NCBI GenBank assembly: GCA_965203275.1
Contig: OZ241865.1
Span: forward strand, 512,001 to 576,000
DNA length: 64,000 bases
Reading direction: 5' to 3'
Origin: Bdellovibrionales bacterium
GTDB lineage: Bacteria > Bdellovibrionota > Bdellovibrionia > Bdellovibrionales > JAUICD01
In this document: positions 41,491 through 52,759 of the stretch, in pieces
How positions within the stretch are numbered: the first letter of the stretch is position 1
Layout: each line of letters opens with the position of its first letter
Notes under the pieces: model-generated
Seen by the model: only the letters and a program-made list of their open reading frames with translations
Told to the model about the DNA's origin: nothing
The model's database searches: none
Position numbers and translations under genes: made by a program

Positions 41491-42432
41491 ATGAAAAAGT
41501 TAAAATATTTATTTTGGAAAATAATGCAATCAAAACCTTTATTATCAGCTATTCTGTCATTTTGCAGTGTAGTGGGTTTGAGTTCTGTTGTACAGGCAAG
41601 AGTAACCTCTGTAGCCTGTAATGTAAGTCATTCAGGAGTCTTTCATATTATACCATCACGAAATAGATCGATAAAAATGAATTGTAATAATAGAGATTGT
41701 TATATATATTCCAACACAAGGCTTGAGCATTTAAGAGTGGTCATCACTCGTCTTGGGGGAGAGAAACTCCCTGTGAGGTTGGGAAGGCCTCCAGGGGGCA
41801 TCAGAGACTATCCTCTAAATTCTGATCTAACGCACAATGAATGGGTTGTAGATCAACTTAGGGAGAAATATGAATTAGGATTCGGAGATACAATTGCAGT
41901 TGCAGAAGAAAATGGATATGAGATACTTAGTAATGCGGAATGTTACGGCGATGAGGGACTCAGAGAGAAAAGAGGAACAATAGGCTTTCCTATAGAACCT
42001 CGCAGAGAGGAAGTTCCTGATGTTTCTCATTGTCAATATGGAGAATATCGCAACGAACAATTCGTTTACGTTGAACCCTCTGTTATTGATTATCCTCCTT
42101 CTGCCGCTCGTACGCGAAGATCACATGGCTTTATTTATCAACCTTCTTCTCCTTCTACCAACAATTGTACAGAGCGTAAAAAGACCTGTATAGCATCTGG
42201 TAGATGCTTTTTTCGTGAGTCGAATAGATATGAGATTGTGAAGCTTGTGTGTCTTGCTATAACTGATCGTCATGGATTAACAGATTGTCCAAATGCAGAT
42301 GATTGTGCAGCTGACCCCGCAGTCACCATGTCTACGCTTAGTCAACAACAAGCAAAAGAAACGAGAGCACGATCCAGATATCCTATATACAACGCAAATC
42401 CACGACTAAGAGGAAGAGGACAAGGTAATTAA
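41491..42432 (+). CDS. Secreted Cys-rich hypothetical protein
   Basis: ATG at 41491 after GGAGG; signal peptide ending VQA; C-terminal CPxAxxC. Confidence 0.7.
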   Translation: MKKLKYLFWKIMQSKPLLSAILSFCSVVGLSSVVQARVTSVACNVSHSGVFHIIPSRNRSIKMNCNNRDCYIYSNTRLEHLRVVITRLGGEKLPVRLGRPPGGIRDYPLNSDLTHNEWVVDQLREKYELGFGDTIAVAEENGYEILSNAECYGDEGLREKRGTIGFPIEPRREEVPDVSHCQYGEYRNEQFVYVEPSVIDYPPSAARTRRSHGFIYQPSSPSTNNCTERKKTCIASGRCFFRESNRYEIVKLVCLAITDRHGLTDCPNADDCAADPAVTMSTLSQQQAKETRARSRYPIYNANPRLRGRGQGN

Positions 42433-42465
42433 AGACTATAAATAAAAAAAAAGGAGGGTTAAAAA

Positions 42466-42774
42466 ATGAAGATTTTAATAACTTTAACCATTGGAGGAGT
42501 TATTTTGTGTATGACTCCTGCTTTTGCAGGACTCTCTCAAGATGCGACAGTTACAGGAACGATTATAAAATTTGATAAAAAGACAGTGACTCTTTCTCAA
42601 AGAGGAGGTCTTCGCACAGTTGTCTCAAGAAAATCAATTCCTAAGCATTTCAAAATCAAAACAGGTAACAGAGTATCTGCAGTGCTATCTAGTGATAGAA
42701 TAATAGCAGCTATCAAAGAAGCAAAAAACAAAAAAAATCAGAAAAGCAAGAACAAAACAAATCACTCAAAGTGA
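42466..42774 (+). CDS. Small secreted hypothetical protein (OB-fold-like)
   Basis: RBS AGGAGG; signal peptide ending AFA. Confidence 0.7.
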   Translation: MKILITLTIGGVILCMTPAFAGLSQDATVTGTIIKFDKKTVTLSQRGGLRTVVSRKSIPKHFKIKTGNRVSAVLSSDRIIAAIKEAKNKKNQKSKNKTNHSK

Positions 42775-42777
42775 GTT

Positions 42778-43125
42778 GTTTCACTCAAAATGAGCCACAT
42801 CGCTGGTGTGTTTTTGGGCATTGCTCTGACAGCTTATGCTGTCTAAAAAGAGCAATGCCGTTGGCTCACTAAAAGTGGTCTGGCCTCTGGCCACTTTCTG
42901 GCGATGACCACGACGGCTCACGCCGTCGATAAAATGGTCATCACCTAGAAAGCCTGACCACTTTTAGTAGAGAGGATCTCCTCGTTTTTTAACACGATGT
43001 TAAGGAAACAAAATGCCTTTTCTGCCTGATGCCCTCAAAAGCCTGTTCAATTTTAGGAAGGAGGATCTCTTCGTTTCTTAACACCATGTTAAGGAAACAA
43101 GAAGTTCACTCCCGGGATCCCGGAT
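42778..43125. repeat. Repeat cluster 8
   Basis: Same motifs as the other clusters. Confidence 0.9.
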
Positions 43126-43136
43126 AAACTTAATGA

Positions 43137-44814
43137 TTACTTTGAAGGAACTAACGGAACCAAATTAGGGAAAAGCAATTTTATTGTTCGGGAGACTTTT
43201 TGGAAGTTGGTTAAGCCATTTGCAGGTGTGACCTCGCTTTTAGCTTTACCTTGCTGGATACTTGCAGGTCCTCGCTTTTGAGGCTTCCGCAATAGATAAT
43301 CACTATAACTTAAACCTGATATTTTTTTGTGGAGATTCCTTGCTCGCCTGCCACTACCTAAATTTGTATATCGACCATTCACAAGAGCATGGACATTCCC
43401 ATCCTTATCCACCTTTATCACAGATGATCCTGCCAGTGGCTTTAATCCTTCTGCACCATCTCCGCTTGCAAAATCAGAGCCTAAGCCACCACTGCCAGAG
43501 CCTCCTCCACTGCCAGAACCTCCACCAGCAGAACCACCAGCACTTCCGCCACCAGCAAAGCTTACACCTTTTAATCCTAAACTTGTATGACCACTTAAAG
43601 GGTCGACCTTATTCTTAGCTAAATCGGCCGCTCTTTTTTTACATTGAGGCAATTGAGAGAGATGTTTACAAATAACTTCTATACCTTCTGAATGGCATAA
43701 ACCACGAGTCGTTGAAGTTGGTAGAGAATTACACTCATCTCTCTTACACTCCGGGCTATCTGGATCTTGTTGACATATTTCAGACGTGGCTAAGTCTTGT
43801 TGCGATTGATCTCCTGGACGTTTGTCCCCCCCCCCCCCCCCTGGGAAGCCTTTGTTTTAAGGGGTTTGAAGTGATGGCATTGGCATTCGTATGACCGGGA
43901 CCGGGGGCATCTTTTTTGCCGGCAAAGAGGCTATCTACACTATGGCAAAAATCTATCTTTGGATGTTGTTTGCAAAAGGCCACCTCACCTAGTTGTTGAC
44001 AGAGGTTTTTTTTAGCTAGCGGAAGTTGATCGCAATTAGAAGAATCGCTCAACTCACCGGATCCACCCAAACCATCTACGCAGTCTTTAGCTTGCTTAAT
44101 GGCATCTGTATTACGAGCTATCTGAAGATCGCTGGTTTTCTTAACACTGGCCCATTTGCTAGCACAGCTTGCCATACTCTTGCTAATAGCGGTCATCTCT
44201 GCCCAGAACATAGCTTTGGCCGTAGGTTCAATAGCAGCAGCGTGGGCTACCTTAGCATTTTTAAGGGCCATACCACAAGTGGTTTTACATGAGAGGATGG
44301 CCGTATGGCATTTGCCTGTGATGGATTGATTGATTTTTTTAGTTGCTTCATTCATCTGTTGTACCAACTGGCACTGGTCCTTCTGACTTCCATTGCTATT
44401 ATTGGCCATCATCTGTTCGAAGCGATCTGTGACAGGTTTGGTCGCCGATGCATAAGCCTTCTGATTGCATGCTAAATCTAGGACTGTGCTTTGAATAGTA
44501 GTGCAAGCCATTGAATATATACCAAATCTATTGCCACTTTTAGCACCTTCAGTCGCTGGAGTTGTACCTGCAGGTTTATTTCTTAAACCTTCTATTGTTT
44601 CAGTATGCCGAGGGCTTGTAGTGGGAGTTGTTACAAGGCCTTGTTGCTCATAAGGGATTATAGGTCTACCTGCAAAGCCTCCACCTGGAGCATCTCCAGG
44701 TGAACGTGATTGTGCTAAGCTTAATGTAGGAACAAAGACAAATACCAAGCTAATATAAATAATCAAACTGGAATAACAAAATGAATATCTTAAAAAACAG
44801 CTTTTGTTGATCAC
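43137..44814 (-). pseudogene. Secreted Cys/Gly-rich protein (~558 aa) frameshifted at a G16 tract; phase variation or homopolymer error
   Basis: ORFs 43780-44814 and 43137-43652 join through an open frame starting at 43826 if the tract is G15 or G18. Confidence 0.8.
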
Positions 44815-44873
44815 AAATCAATCCCCCTTTGATTTGAAAGTACATGAAATAAAACCTCACCTACTTTAAAACC

Positions 44874-44890
44874 TGCAAGGGGGATGCCAA
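44874..44890 (-). promoter_or_regulatory. sigma54 -24/-12 promoter
   Basis: TTGGCATCCCCCTTGCA on the minus strand. Confidence 0.7.
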
Positions 44891-44981
44891 GTTTTAAGGC
44901 ATTTATTTGCTTCTTAGTGTCTATTTTTTATCAAACTGTCAATATTTTAGATAAATTAATATGCTCAACTATAAAATCATT

Positions 44982-45992
44982 TTACCTATATTTTAAACAA
45001 AGCTGTTCTCTGTTTTTTGTACCAGTGTGAGTGCTACCAAAAATTTCTTGATTAAAATTAACATTAGCTTCTTGATACGCTTGATCACTCCCATATCCTT
45101 TTATATATATATATACACTTGCTTCATTGATATAAATTTGATAATATTGTTGATTATATTCTTGCCCTGTTATCTGATTGTTACAAAATTTCTTTAAAAG
45201 ATTAATATAATTGCCTCTTGTTTGATGGTCATGTCTAACTTCTGCCAGGTCCATAATGGATCTACCAGATCCATTCCTTACAAAACGGTCTACATTTTTA
45301 CCTACATTTTCACCTTCATACATAAATGTCATTATAGCCCAAGAAGCTCCTTTTGTCAATGGAGTTAAGGAATCCTGTAGGGCAATATGTAAAGGGCGGT
45401 CACCCCTGCCACAATCATAATTAACATCTAAACCTGGCGTAAGCATCACAGCCTCCATACGGCTTTTAGCTTGAGCTTGACTCTGTCGATAGAATGACTG
45501 CCACCAACGCGGGTCACACAGGTTATTATGAGCTTCGGCTCTTGCCTCAAAGCCACGTCTGACTTCATTACACACACTGCGATCGATCCGGCCTCTATCA
45601 CATTGGTCAGTGATCACTTGATTGGGTGTTTGACGAGTGTAAGGGTCTTGATGATCCAAATTAGCACCTGCCCGTATCAATGCCAGGACCACATCAGCTC
45701 TGCCATAATCTAAGGCAAGTAGCAGTGGCGATGACCCACTTGAGCAAGATTGATTGACGTTAGAGCCACTTCTGATAGCATTTGATACATCGTTACTACT
45801 GGCAGAACTATACCAATCAATATTACAAAGGTTAGTAGTTTGAGCTAAAACAGCCACCGAGCTTAAAAGCAGAGCCATTAAAAACACCCCTACCATCTTC
45901 AAACTAAAACTTGTTACCTTTGTACCTAAACCTGCCACTTCTCTTAAACTTGCTACTTTCTTACTAATTTTTTTAATGCTTAATTTTTTCAT
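44982..45992 (-). CDS. Secreted ankyrin-repeat protein
   Basis: Signal peptide; GSSPLLLAL...VVLALIRAGANLD; GDRPLHIAL; duplicated NLCxxxW motif. Confidence 0.8.
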   Translation of the reverse strand: MKKLSIKKISKKVASLREVAGLGTKVTSFSLKMVGVFLMALLLSSVAVLAQTTNLCNIDWYSSASSNDVSNAIRSGSNVNQSCSSGSSPLLLALDYGRADVVLALIRAGANLDHQDPYTRQTPNQVITDQCDRGRIDRSVCNEVRRGFEARAEAHNNLCDPRWWQSFYRQSQAQAKSRMEAVMLTPGLDVNYDCGRGDRPLHIALQDSLTPLTKGASWAIMTFMYEGENVGKNVDRFVRNGSGRSIMDLAEVRHDHQTRGNYINLLKKFCNNQITGQEYNQQYYQIYINEASVYIYIKGYGSDQAYQEANVNFNQEIFGSTHTGTKNREQLCLKYR

Positions 45993-46023
45993 AATATCTC
46001 TCCTTCTTTAAGTCTTTTAAGTT

Positions 46024-47100
46024 TGTTTCACTAAAAGTAAACTGACCTCTGTTTCCCTAAAATTGAACTAGCCTCTGGCTACTTTCTGGCAATGACCGCG
46101 TTTGTCTCACTAAAAATAAACCAGCCTCTGGCTGTTTTTGGGCAATCAGCCCGACGGCTCTCGCCGTCGATCAAAGGCTGATTGCCTCAAAAATCCGTTT
46201 ATTTTTAGTAGGAAGAATCCTCTTGTCTCTTTACACGATGTTAAGGAAACAAGATGTTTATTTCCCATTGACAAAATGGTCATTGCCTAGAAAGCTTGTT
46301 CAATTTTAGGAAGGAGGATCTCTTCCTTTTTTAACATGATGTTAAGGAAAAAGATTTCCTTCTGATGCCGGCTTGCCCGATTGCCGGATCCCAGATCCCG
46401 GAATGAACACTATGTTAAGGAAAAAGTTCCTTCCATGACCTATTATGCACAGATTACAAACGATTGCAAACGAAAACAACCCACATTGTAAAGGTTATAG
46501 AGTACTTTGTAAATTTTACATGGTTTTTTTCACTCAAAGTGAACTGGCCTCTGGCCACTTTTGGACAATGACCGCAAAGGCTTTCGCCTTTGACAAAATG
46601 GTCATTGTCTCAAAAGCCTGTTCACTTTGAGTAGGGAGGATCTCTTCGTTTCTTAACACAATGTTAAGGAAAAAGTTCATTCTTACACCTTTTGGCTGTC
46701 GCCGTCGATCAAAGGCTAACTGCCTCAAAAGCCTGTTCAATTTTAGGAAGGAGGATCTCCTCGTCTCTTTACAGCATGTTAAGGAAACAAAGCATTCCTT
46801 TTTTTTATTTTTTTTATTCTTTTTTAGATTCTGCGTAAATCTCAAACAAAAAATAATTAGGTGGAGGATGGGGCAGTGGGAGACTGAAGATCTTCCGCAA
46901 ATTGAGCTTGCTCTTAAAGAGCAAGCTCAATTGAGGACTTCGGAAGGCTCACACTGCCCCATCCTCAAATAAAAATAAAATATAAAAGCAGAATCGAAGG
47001 GTGGCGGGTGGGGTTAGGGAGTTTGGTTCACTAAAAGTGGTCTAGCCGTCATTTTCACTCAAAATGCATAGATTTTTAAGTGAAATGTTAAAGGAAAAAA
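46024..47100. repeat. Repeat cluster 9: nested units, heptamer remnant, module B (46790-47027)
   Basis: Same motifs as the other clusters. Confidence 0.9.
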
Positions 47101-47215
47101 AAGAAAATCTTAAAGTTGTTGCAAACATCAAAGTCAATTCTCAATTACAAGATTGGTTTTTTAGATTAAAAGATTAAGCAATGAAGACATACCTTCTATG
47201 AATGAAGTGAAATGA

Positions 47216-48115
47216 TTAAATCTGAATGCCCCCTCGGATCATCAAACCCCAAAGTCGACCTGTTTCAAGTCTCTCTGCTTGGTTATGTGAGATTGTAATG
47301 CCTTCTAGAGTCATATTTTGTGTTTTAAAAAGCACTTCCATAAAGAAACTGCGAAAATTACCTCCTATCCCAGCTTGCCCTCCTATCCCCCCTGTAATTT
47401 TAGGAGGGAGGGGGTTACGTCCTACAAATCCTCCTATTCCAGAAGGCTGGGTTCGAAAACCAATAGGTATAAAAAAATTAGGTCCAGCAAAAATATAAAC
47501 CATTGGCATCACTTGATATTGAGCAGAAACTTCTGCACTTAAAATAGAATACCAAAACTGATCAGATAGAGGACAAAGAAGATAATCCCTATCTCGACTA
47601 CTTTGTCCACATCCATGTCCTCTTTGTATTGGCTGACTACCACCATAATTATTATCATATTGTTTGTATTTATACTGCTCCACTTTGCTTTGAAGCTCAA
47701 AACTCAGAGTGGCTATAGCACCTATCTGATTTGTGAGAAACATAAAAACACTGCCACCAAAAGAAAAAGACCCTAACACCTCTTTATGAGGAAAGATATA
47801 TTCCATAGACGAATTTGCAAAACGGTTTCTGAATCCTCCATAAAGTGAATTTGAGGCAACATGGCTTTTAATGTTAGAAGCAAAATTAAAAGCTCCAAAA
47901 AATCTAAGTCCAAAACGACGAGGAGATGATCTCAATGAAGAACCTACAGCATAACTACCAAGCTGTTGCTCTTCTTCAAAGCTTCTTCCTGAACCGGGGT
48001 TGTTTTGAGATTGTGCTAACAAAAGTGCATTCAAATCATTTGAGCTACTTGCTTGAGGCTTGAGAAATAAAAAAATAAAAAAACAAATGACATAAAGTAT
48101 TGTATTAAAATTCAT
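47216..48115 (-). CDS. Outer-membrane beta-barrel hypothetical protein
   Basis: Signal peptide; alternating aromatic/Gly strands; terminal strand GLMIRGGIQI. Confidence 0.65.
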   Translation of the reverse strand: MNFNTILYVICFFIFLFLKPQASSSNDLNALLLAQSQNNPGSGRSFEEEQQLGSYAVGSSLRSSPRRFGLRFFGAFNFASNIKSHVASNSLYGGFRNRFANSSMEYIFPHKEVLGSFSFGGSVFMFLTNQIGAIATLSFELQSKVEQYKYKQYDNNYGGSQPIQRGHGCGQSSRDRDYLLCPLSDQFWYSILSAEVSAQYQVMPMVYIFAGPNFFIPIGFRTQPSGIGGFVGRNPLPPKITGGIGGQAGIGGNFRSFFMEVLFKTQNMTLEGITISHNQAERLETGRLWGLMIRGGIQI

Positions 48116-48376
48116 AATACTTTTATTATACTATTTTAATACCTGTATTTTGTTAAAAAGTTGAAAAACTTATTTCATAACTATACTTTTAGCTAATAGA
48201 TAGCTAATAAAAATCTATAAAAAGCACTCAAGCATTCAAATAAAATAATCCCTTTATAAAAAATAAATGCTTTCATACTCCATAAAACTTCATAAAATTT
48301 TCAAAAAAGAAAATAAATAGCAAATCCTGTATGACTATAAAGGACTATAAATCCTTTAGAATGTAACAATATCTAT

Positions 48377-48700
48377 CTATAGATGTTTTAAAATCAAGTC
48401 TTTGATATTCTCCTCAGATTGATTGCCAATGATTTGGTCTATTTGCTGACCATCTTTAAATAAAGCAAGGGTAGGGATACTACGGACACCATAAGTAGCT
48501 GGTATGTCAGGATTTTGGTCAATATTCATCTTTACAACAGTGAGTTGATCATTTAAATCATTGGAAATATTATCTATTTTTGGAGCTAATGCCTTACAGG
48601 GGCCACACCAAGGGGCCCAAAAATCCACTAAAACAAGCCTTTGAGCATCTAAAACATCCGTATAAAAACTCTTATCAGTAACTTCTTTTGTCATAATCAT
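48377..48700 (-). CDS. trxA: Thioredoxin
   Basis: VDFWAPWCGPCK, SIPTL. Confidence 0.97.
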   Translation of the reverse strand: MIMTKEVTDKSFYTDVLDAQRLVLVDFWAPWCGPCKALAPKIDNISNDLNDQLTVVKMNIDQNPDIPATYGVRSIPTLALFKDGQQIDQIIGNQSEENIKDLILKHL

Positions 48701-48902
48701 CCTCCTTAGAAAGAAATTAAAAAACCTAAAATATTTACATTATTGCTTCATTTGAAATTTATTTTGACACTATTTTTATACCTAGACTTAACCGATGACA
48801 ATAAAAATATTGTCAAAAAGACAGCTAAGCAAAAAAAATATTCATTTTTTAATTCAAAAGTCTTAAAAAAAGCCGATAAGGTTATAGAGAGGTTAAAAAA
48901 TT

Positions 48903-50885
48903 ATGGAAAAAAAGGACATTGAAATACTTATTGTTGAAGATAATCTGCAATTTGGCAATACTCTTAAAGAAGCCATTAAAAACGCAGGTTATCGGGCCAC
49001 CCTTGCAACCACTCCCAAAGAGGCCCTCTATTATCACAAAATTCACTTTATTAGTGGGTTTGTCATTGATTGCCTATTGCCAGAGATGACAGCCCTTGAT
49101 TTGGCTTTAAAATTTAGAGAAATAGACAATTCTTCTGAAAAGCCTTTGTTTTTTATCAGTGGAGTTTTAAAAACAGAAGAAGTATTTGATGAATTAAAAG
49201 CAAAAACCAATGCTAGCGACTTTTTATCAAAACCCTTTCCTTTAGATGATTTGATCAAAAAGATCAACAAAAAATTTACAAAACATATCAAGCCCAAAGA
49301 GAGTTCTATTACAACTGCCTTTATTAAACAATATCTCTCTTTTAAAGAAAGGCTTTCTATTGTGAGTGAAGTCAAAAAGTTACATGGATTTATGTTGCCT
49401 CAAATGATCAAATTGCTTTTATATGATAAAATTTCTGGTGTTTTAAGACTCACAGCAGATAATAAAAGTGAACAAAGTATTCATTTTTCAAATGGGGCTA
49501 TTACATCTATAGAAACCAATCAAAAAGATAGAAAGTCTTTTTTTGGAGATATCCTTATTAAAAAAAATATCTTGTCCTTTGAAGATTTACAACCCTTCTT
49601 AGATGAGCAAACCAATAAAAAAAATATAGAGAAAATTGGCTCAAGACTTGTTAAAGCTAACTTAATGAGTCCTCACATGATAGCTCTTGTTGTACAAGAA
49701 CAAGTCAGTATGCGTTTAATAAATCTTGTACAAGACATGTACTATAATGTTTCATTTGAAGAGAGTCTGATCCAAGCAAATAAACAACAAACAAACATTA
49801 GACAAAAAGAACTTCATAATATTTATATTGAATACCTCATATCAAAATTACCTATTCAGCAAATAAAGAATACTTACTTGAATAAACTTAACTATCAAAT
49901 TCATACAACAACAGAATTTTCTATTTCAAGGTTTACTTTTCCTACATGTAAAGAGACAATAAATATTTTAAAGTCAATACAAACAGAAAAGCACTCTATT
50001 TTATCTTTATTAAATAAATATTCTAAATGGAATAACGATGTTTATTTCATTTTGCATTTACTTTTGATGAATCAAATGGTTTATCTACAATATGTCAATA
50101 TTGAAGAGACACTACAGACAAAAATCCTCCGATTAAAAAAGATCACAAATGATCTTAATAACCAAAATTACTTTGAAATATTAAATGTTTCGAAAAAATC
50201 TCAGGTATCTGATGTGACAAAAGCTTTTAAAAACCTATCTACTGTCTTTTATCCTAATGCAACAAATATTCAAGGGTCTAAAGAATGTGAGGTTTTACTC
50301 AGTGGCATCTTTAATAGAATTAAAACAGCTTATACAATATTATCTGATAAAAAGAAGAGAAGTGACTATGAGCTTTCCTTAGAGCATGGCAATTTTAAAG
50401 TGTTGGAACAATCAAGACAGCTTTTTGAAGAAGGCAAAAAGGCTCTCCATACGAACAACAGAAAAACAGCTTTAGAACTACTACAAAAAGCTGTTGATAT
50501 GCATACAAACTCCACTGCTGAAATGCGTCTTTATTTGATTTGGTCTCAATTGGTCAATGTCTCTAGTCAAGACAAGTTATCTAATCAAGACAAGTTATCT
50601 AATAAAGCCAATAGTATTAAAATGGCCTTTAATACTATTCCTCCAGAATCTCGAAATACAGCTTTGTTTTATTTTGTAAGAGGTTTGTTCTACAAAGAGT
50701 TAGGTGATAAAGAAGCTGCTTTACAACATTTGAAATATGCTGTTCATCTTGATCACAATCTCAAAGAAGCAAAACAAGAATTACAAGCCATCACTTACAC
50801 TATGAAAAAGCCTATTAATATTTTAAAAGGCGACCTCAAAGATGTTCTTAGAGCTATTCCTTTTTTCAAAAGAAAATCAGGATAA
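48903..50885 (+). CDS. Response regulator with receiver, central (DUF4388-like) region, degenerate J domain and TPR
   Basis: ILIVEDN...FVIDCLLP...SKPF; NYFEILNV...FYPN...AYTILSDKKKRSDYE; C-terminal TPR. Upstream GCCGATAA at 48872. Confidence 0.8.
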   Translation: MEKKDIEILIVEDNLQFGNTLKEAIKNAGYRATLATTPKEALYYHKIHFISGFVIDCLLPEMTALDLALKFREIDNSSEKPLFFISGVLKTEEVFDELKAKTNASDFLSKPFPLDDLIKKINKKFTKHIKPKESSITTAFIKQYLSFKERLSIVSEVKKLHGFMLPQMIKLLLYDKISGVLRLTADNKSEQSIHFSNGAITSIETNQKDRKSFFGDILIKKNILSFEDLQPFLDEQTNKKNIEKIGSRLVKANLMSPHMIALVVQEQVSMRLINLVQDMYYNVSFEESLIQANKQQTNIRQKELHNIYIEYLISKLPIQQIKNTYLNKLNYQIHTTTEFSISRFTFPTCKETINILKSIQTEKHSILSLLNKYSKWNNDVYFILHLLLMNQMVYLQYVNIEETLQTKILRLKKITNDLNNQNYFEILNVSKKSQVSDVTKAFKNLSTVFYPNATNIQGSKECEVLLSGIFNRIKTAYTILSDKKKRSDYELSLEHGNFKVLEQSRQLFEEGKKALHTNNRKTALELLQKAVDMHTNSTAEMRLYLIWSQLVNVSSQDKLSNQDKLSNKANSIKMAFNTIPPESRNTALFYFVRGLFYKELGDKEAALQHLKYAVHLDHNLKEAKQELQAITYTMKKPINILKGDLKDVLRAIPFFKRKSG

Positions 50886-51120
50886 AGTCAAAATAACAGA
50901 AAAAATATTTTTGACTTTATTCGGGTGATCAATTAAAGTTTCAGTTTCAAGGCATTGTTCACGGATGTTTCTGTACATTCATTGAATAAGCTAATCATCT
51001 TAAAACTTACGATATGAACATATCGTTTAAACGCTTAGACGTTTAGACGTTTAGACGTTTAGACAGCAAATAAATGACAAAACACAAAACTTGCTATGAG
51101 GGTTATAAGGAGGTTTCAAA

Positions 51121-51672
51121 GTGGCATTAACTTACACACCGTCAGTAGCTATGAATACACCTTGCCCAGAATTTAAGCTTCAGAGTATGGATGAACAATG
51201 GTATAGTCGAGCAGACTTCAAAGACAAAGGTTTGATAGTGGCATTTATCTGCAATCATTGTCCTTATGTGCAGGCTGTAGAAGACAGAATAATTACCTTA
51301 AATAAAAAAGCCCTTCAATTTAACTTTCAGACTATAGGAATATGCTCTAATGATGCAGAAGGATATCCTGAAGATTCTTACAAAAATCTTCAAAAACGTT
51401 GGAAGCAAAAAAACTATGACTTTATTTATTTGCATGACCCATCTCAAAAAGTAGCTCAAGCTTTTACAGCAGTTTGTACGCCTGATTTTTTTGTCTATAA
51501 TAGAAAGCATCTTTTAAAATACAGAGGGCGATTAGATGATTCTTGGCAAGATGCTAGCAAAGTGACTCGGCAAGAGCTTTTAGATGCTGTTAAACTCATT
51601 GCAAATGATCAAGTGGTAGATTTTAAACAATATCCTTCTATGGGTTGTTCTATCAAATGGCTTAATGAGTGA
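51121..51672 (+). CDS. Thioredoxin-fold AhpC/TSA (PRX-like) protein
   Basis: FICNHCPYV, AVCTPDFF, YRGRLDD, SMGCSIKW. Confidence 0.92.
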   Translation: MALTYTPSVAMNTPCPEFKLQSMDEQWYSRADFKDKGLIVAFICNHCPYVQAVEDRIITLNKKALQFNFQTIGICSNDAEGYPEDSYKNLQKRWKQKNYDFIYLHDPSQKVAQAFTAVCTPDFFVYNRKHLLKYRGRLDDSWQDASKVTRQELLDAVKLIANDQVVDFKQYPSMGCSIKWLNE

Positions 51673-51912
51673 CCGTTCTATGATTCTATGACAAATAAGT
51701 CAAACTTTGTCGATGAATTAAAATGCCACACGTTCTGTTAAATTCATTTTTTATGTCAGTCAACTATCAATGCTATCGTCTTGTTTTTACCCATTATTTT
51801 CTTAAAATAGAAATATAATCAAATGAAGTTATGTTAAAATATGTAAATATAGCTGGTGATACTATCAGCAAATAATGAAATAACTCATTTATGCAGATTC
51901 AGAGGAATTGCA

Positions 51913-52719
51913 ATGTTATTAAGGTTTTTATTCTTTCTTATGCCATTTCTACTGTGTACCAGTTGGATACAAATATCCACTGCACAACCACTAGACGAAG
52001 ATGTGTCTCAAGAAGAAAGAAAATCTCCTCCACCTATTTATGTAGCACCTCAACATCTTTCAGCAGAGGAAGTGAGAGATTTGGTTCTTTCTAAGGATAT
52101 TGTTGTCATTCATAGAAAGTTTTTACCTAAGACATCTCGGTTTGAGTTCTTTCCTAATGTGGGATGGTTAATCAATAATCCTTTTTATTATAACTTTGTA
52201 GGTTCTGGAAGGTTAGGATTTCATTTCAGTGAATATTTGGGTATGGAGCTTTTTGGTGGTTATGTCTTTGGACTGAGGCGTAAAGTCACAAGAGATTTAG
52301 AAAGTAGACAGATTGAAGTCAATGGTGTGGTTTCTCCAAGATATCTTTATGGTATAAGTATTAAATACACACCTTTTTATGGCAAGTTTGCTAGAATAGG
52401 AGGTGGTATTTTACCTTTTGATATGTATCTGAGTGGAGGAGGAGGCATGTCTCAACTAGAAACTAGATATAAAGGAAATCTGACACACCGACAGGAATGT
52501 AATGCAAAAGCGATCACAGTTAATTTAGAAGCAGGTCAGCTTATTCCTCTATCTAAAGGAAGTGCTTTAAGATGGAGTGTAGGATGGTTTTTGCATCCTA
52601 AAATTTTTGATTGGAGTTGTGACGGGGGAGCAACACCTAATTTGGATTTGGGATTTCAAACCGATGTTTATATGTCATTAGGTTGGAGTTTATTTTTCCC
52701 TGGAGCTAAATATAGATAG
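51913..52719 (+). CDS. Outer-membrane beta-barrel protein of the myxobacterial/Bdellovibrio gliding (Glt) type
   Basis: VVIHRKFLPKTSRFE, NNPF, YTPFYGKF motifs; adjacent to a GltC-like gene. Confidence 0.75.
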   Translation: MLLRFLFFLMPFLLCTSWIQISTAQPLDEDVSQEERKSPPPIYVAPQHLSAEEVRDLVLSKDIVVIHRKFLPKTSRFEFFPNVGWLINNPFYYNFVGSGRLGFHFSEYLGMELFGGYVFGLRRKVTRDLESRQIEVNGVVSPRYLYGISIKYTPFYGKFARIGGGILPFDMYLSGGGGMSQLETRYKGNLTHRQECNAKAITVNLEAGQLIPLSKGSALRWSVGWFLHPKIFDWSCDGGATPNLDLGFQTDVYMSLGWSLFFPGAKYR

Positions 52720-52759
52720 AAAAAATGCCGATAAAGTCAATAAAATACTTTTTGAGAGA

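Noticed and set aside
51035..51064. (TTAGACGT) ~4x repeat as iteron or ncRNA
   Set aside because: Short, isolated, no rep gene; simple slippage is sufficient
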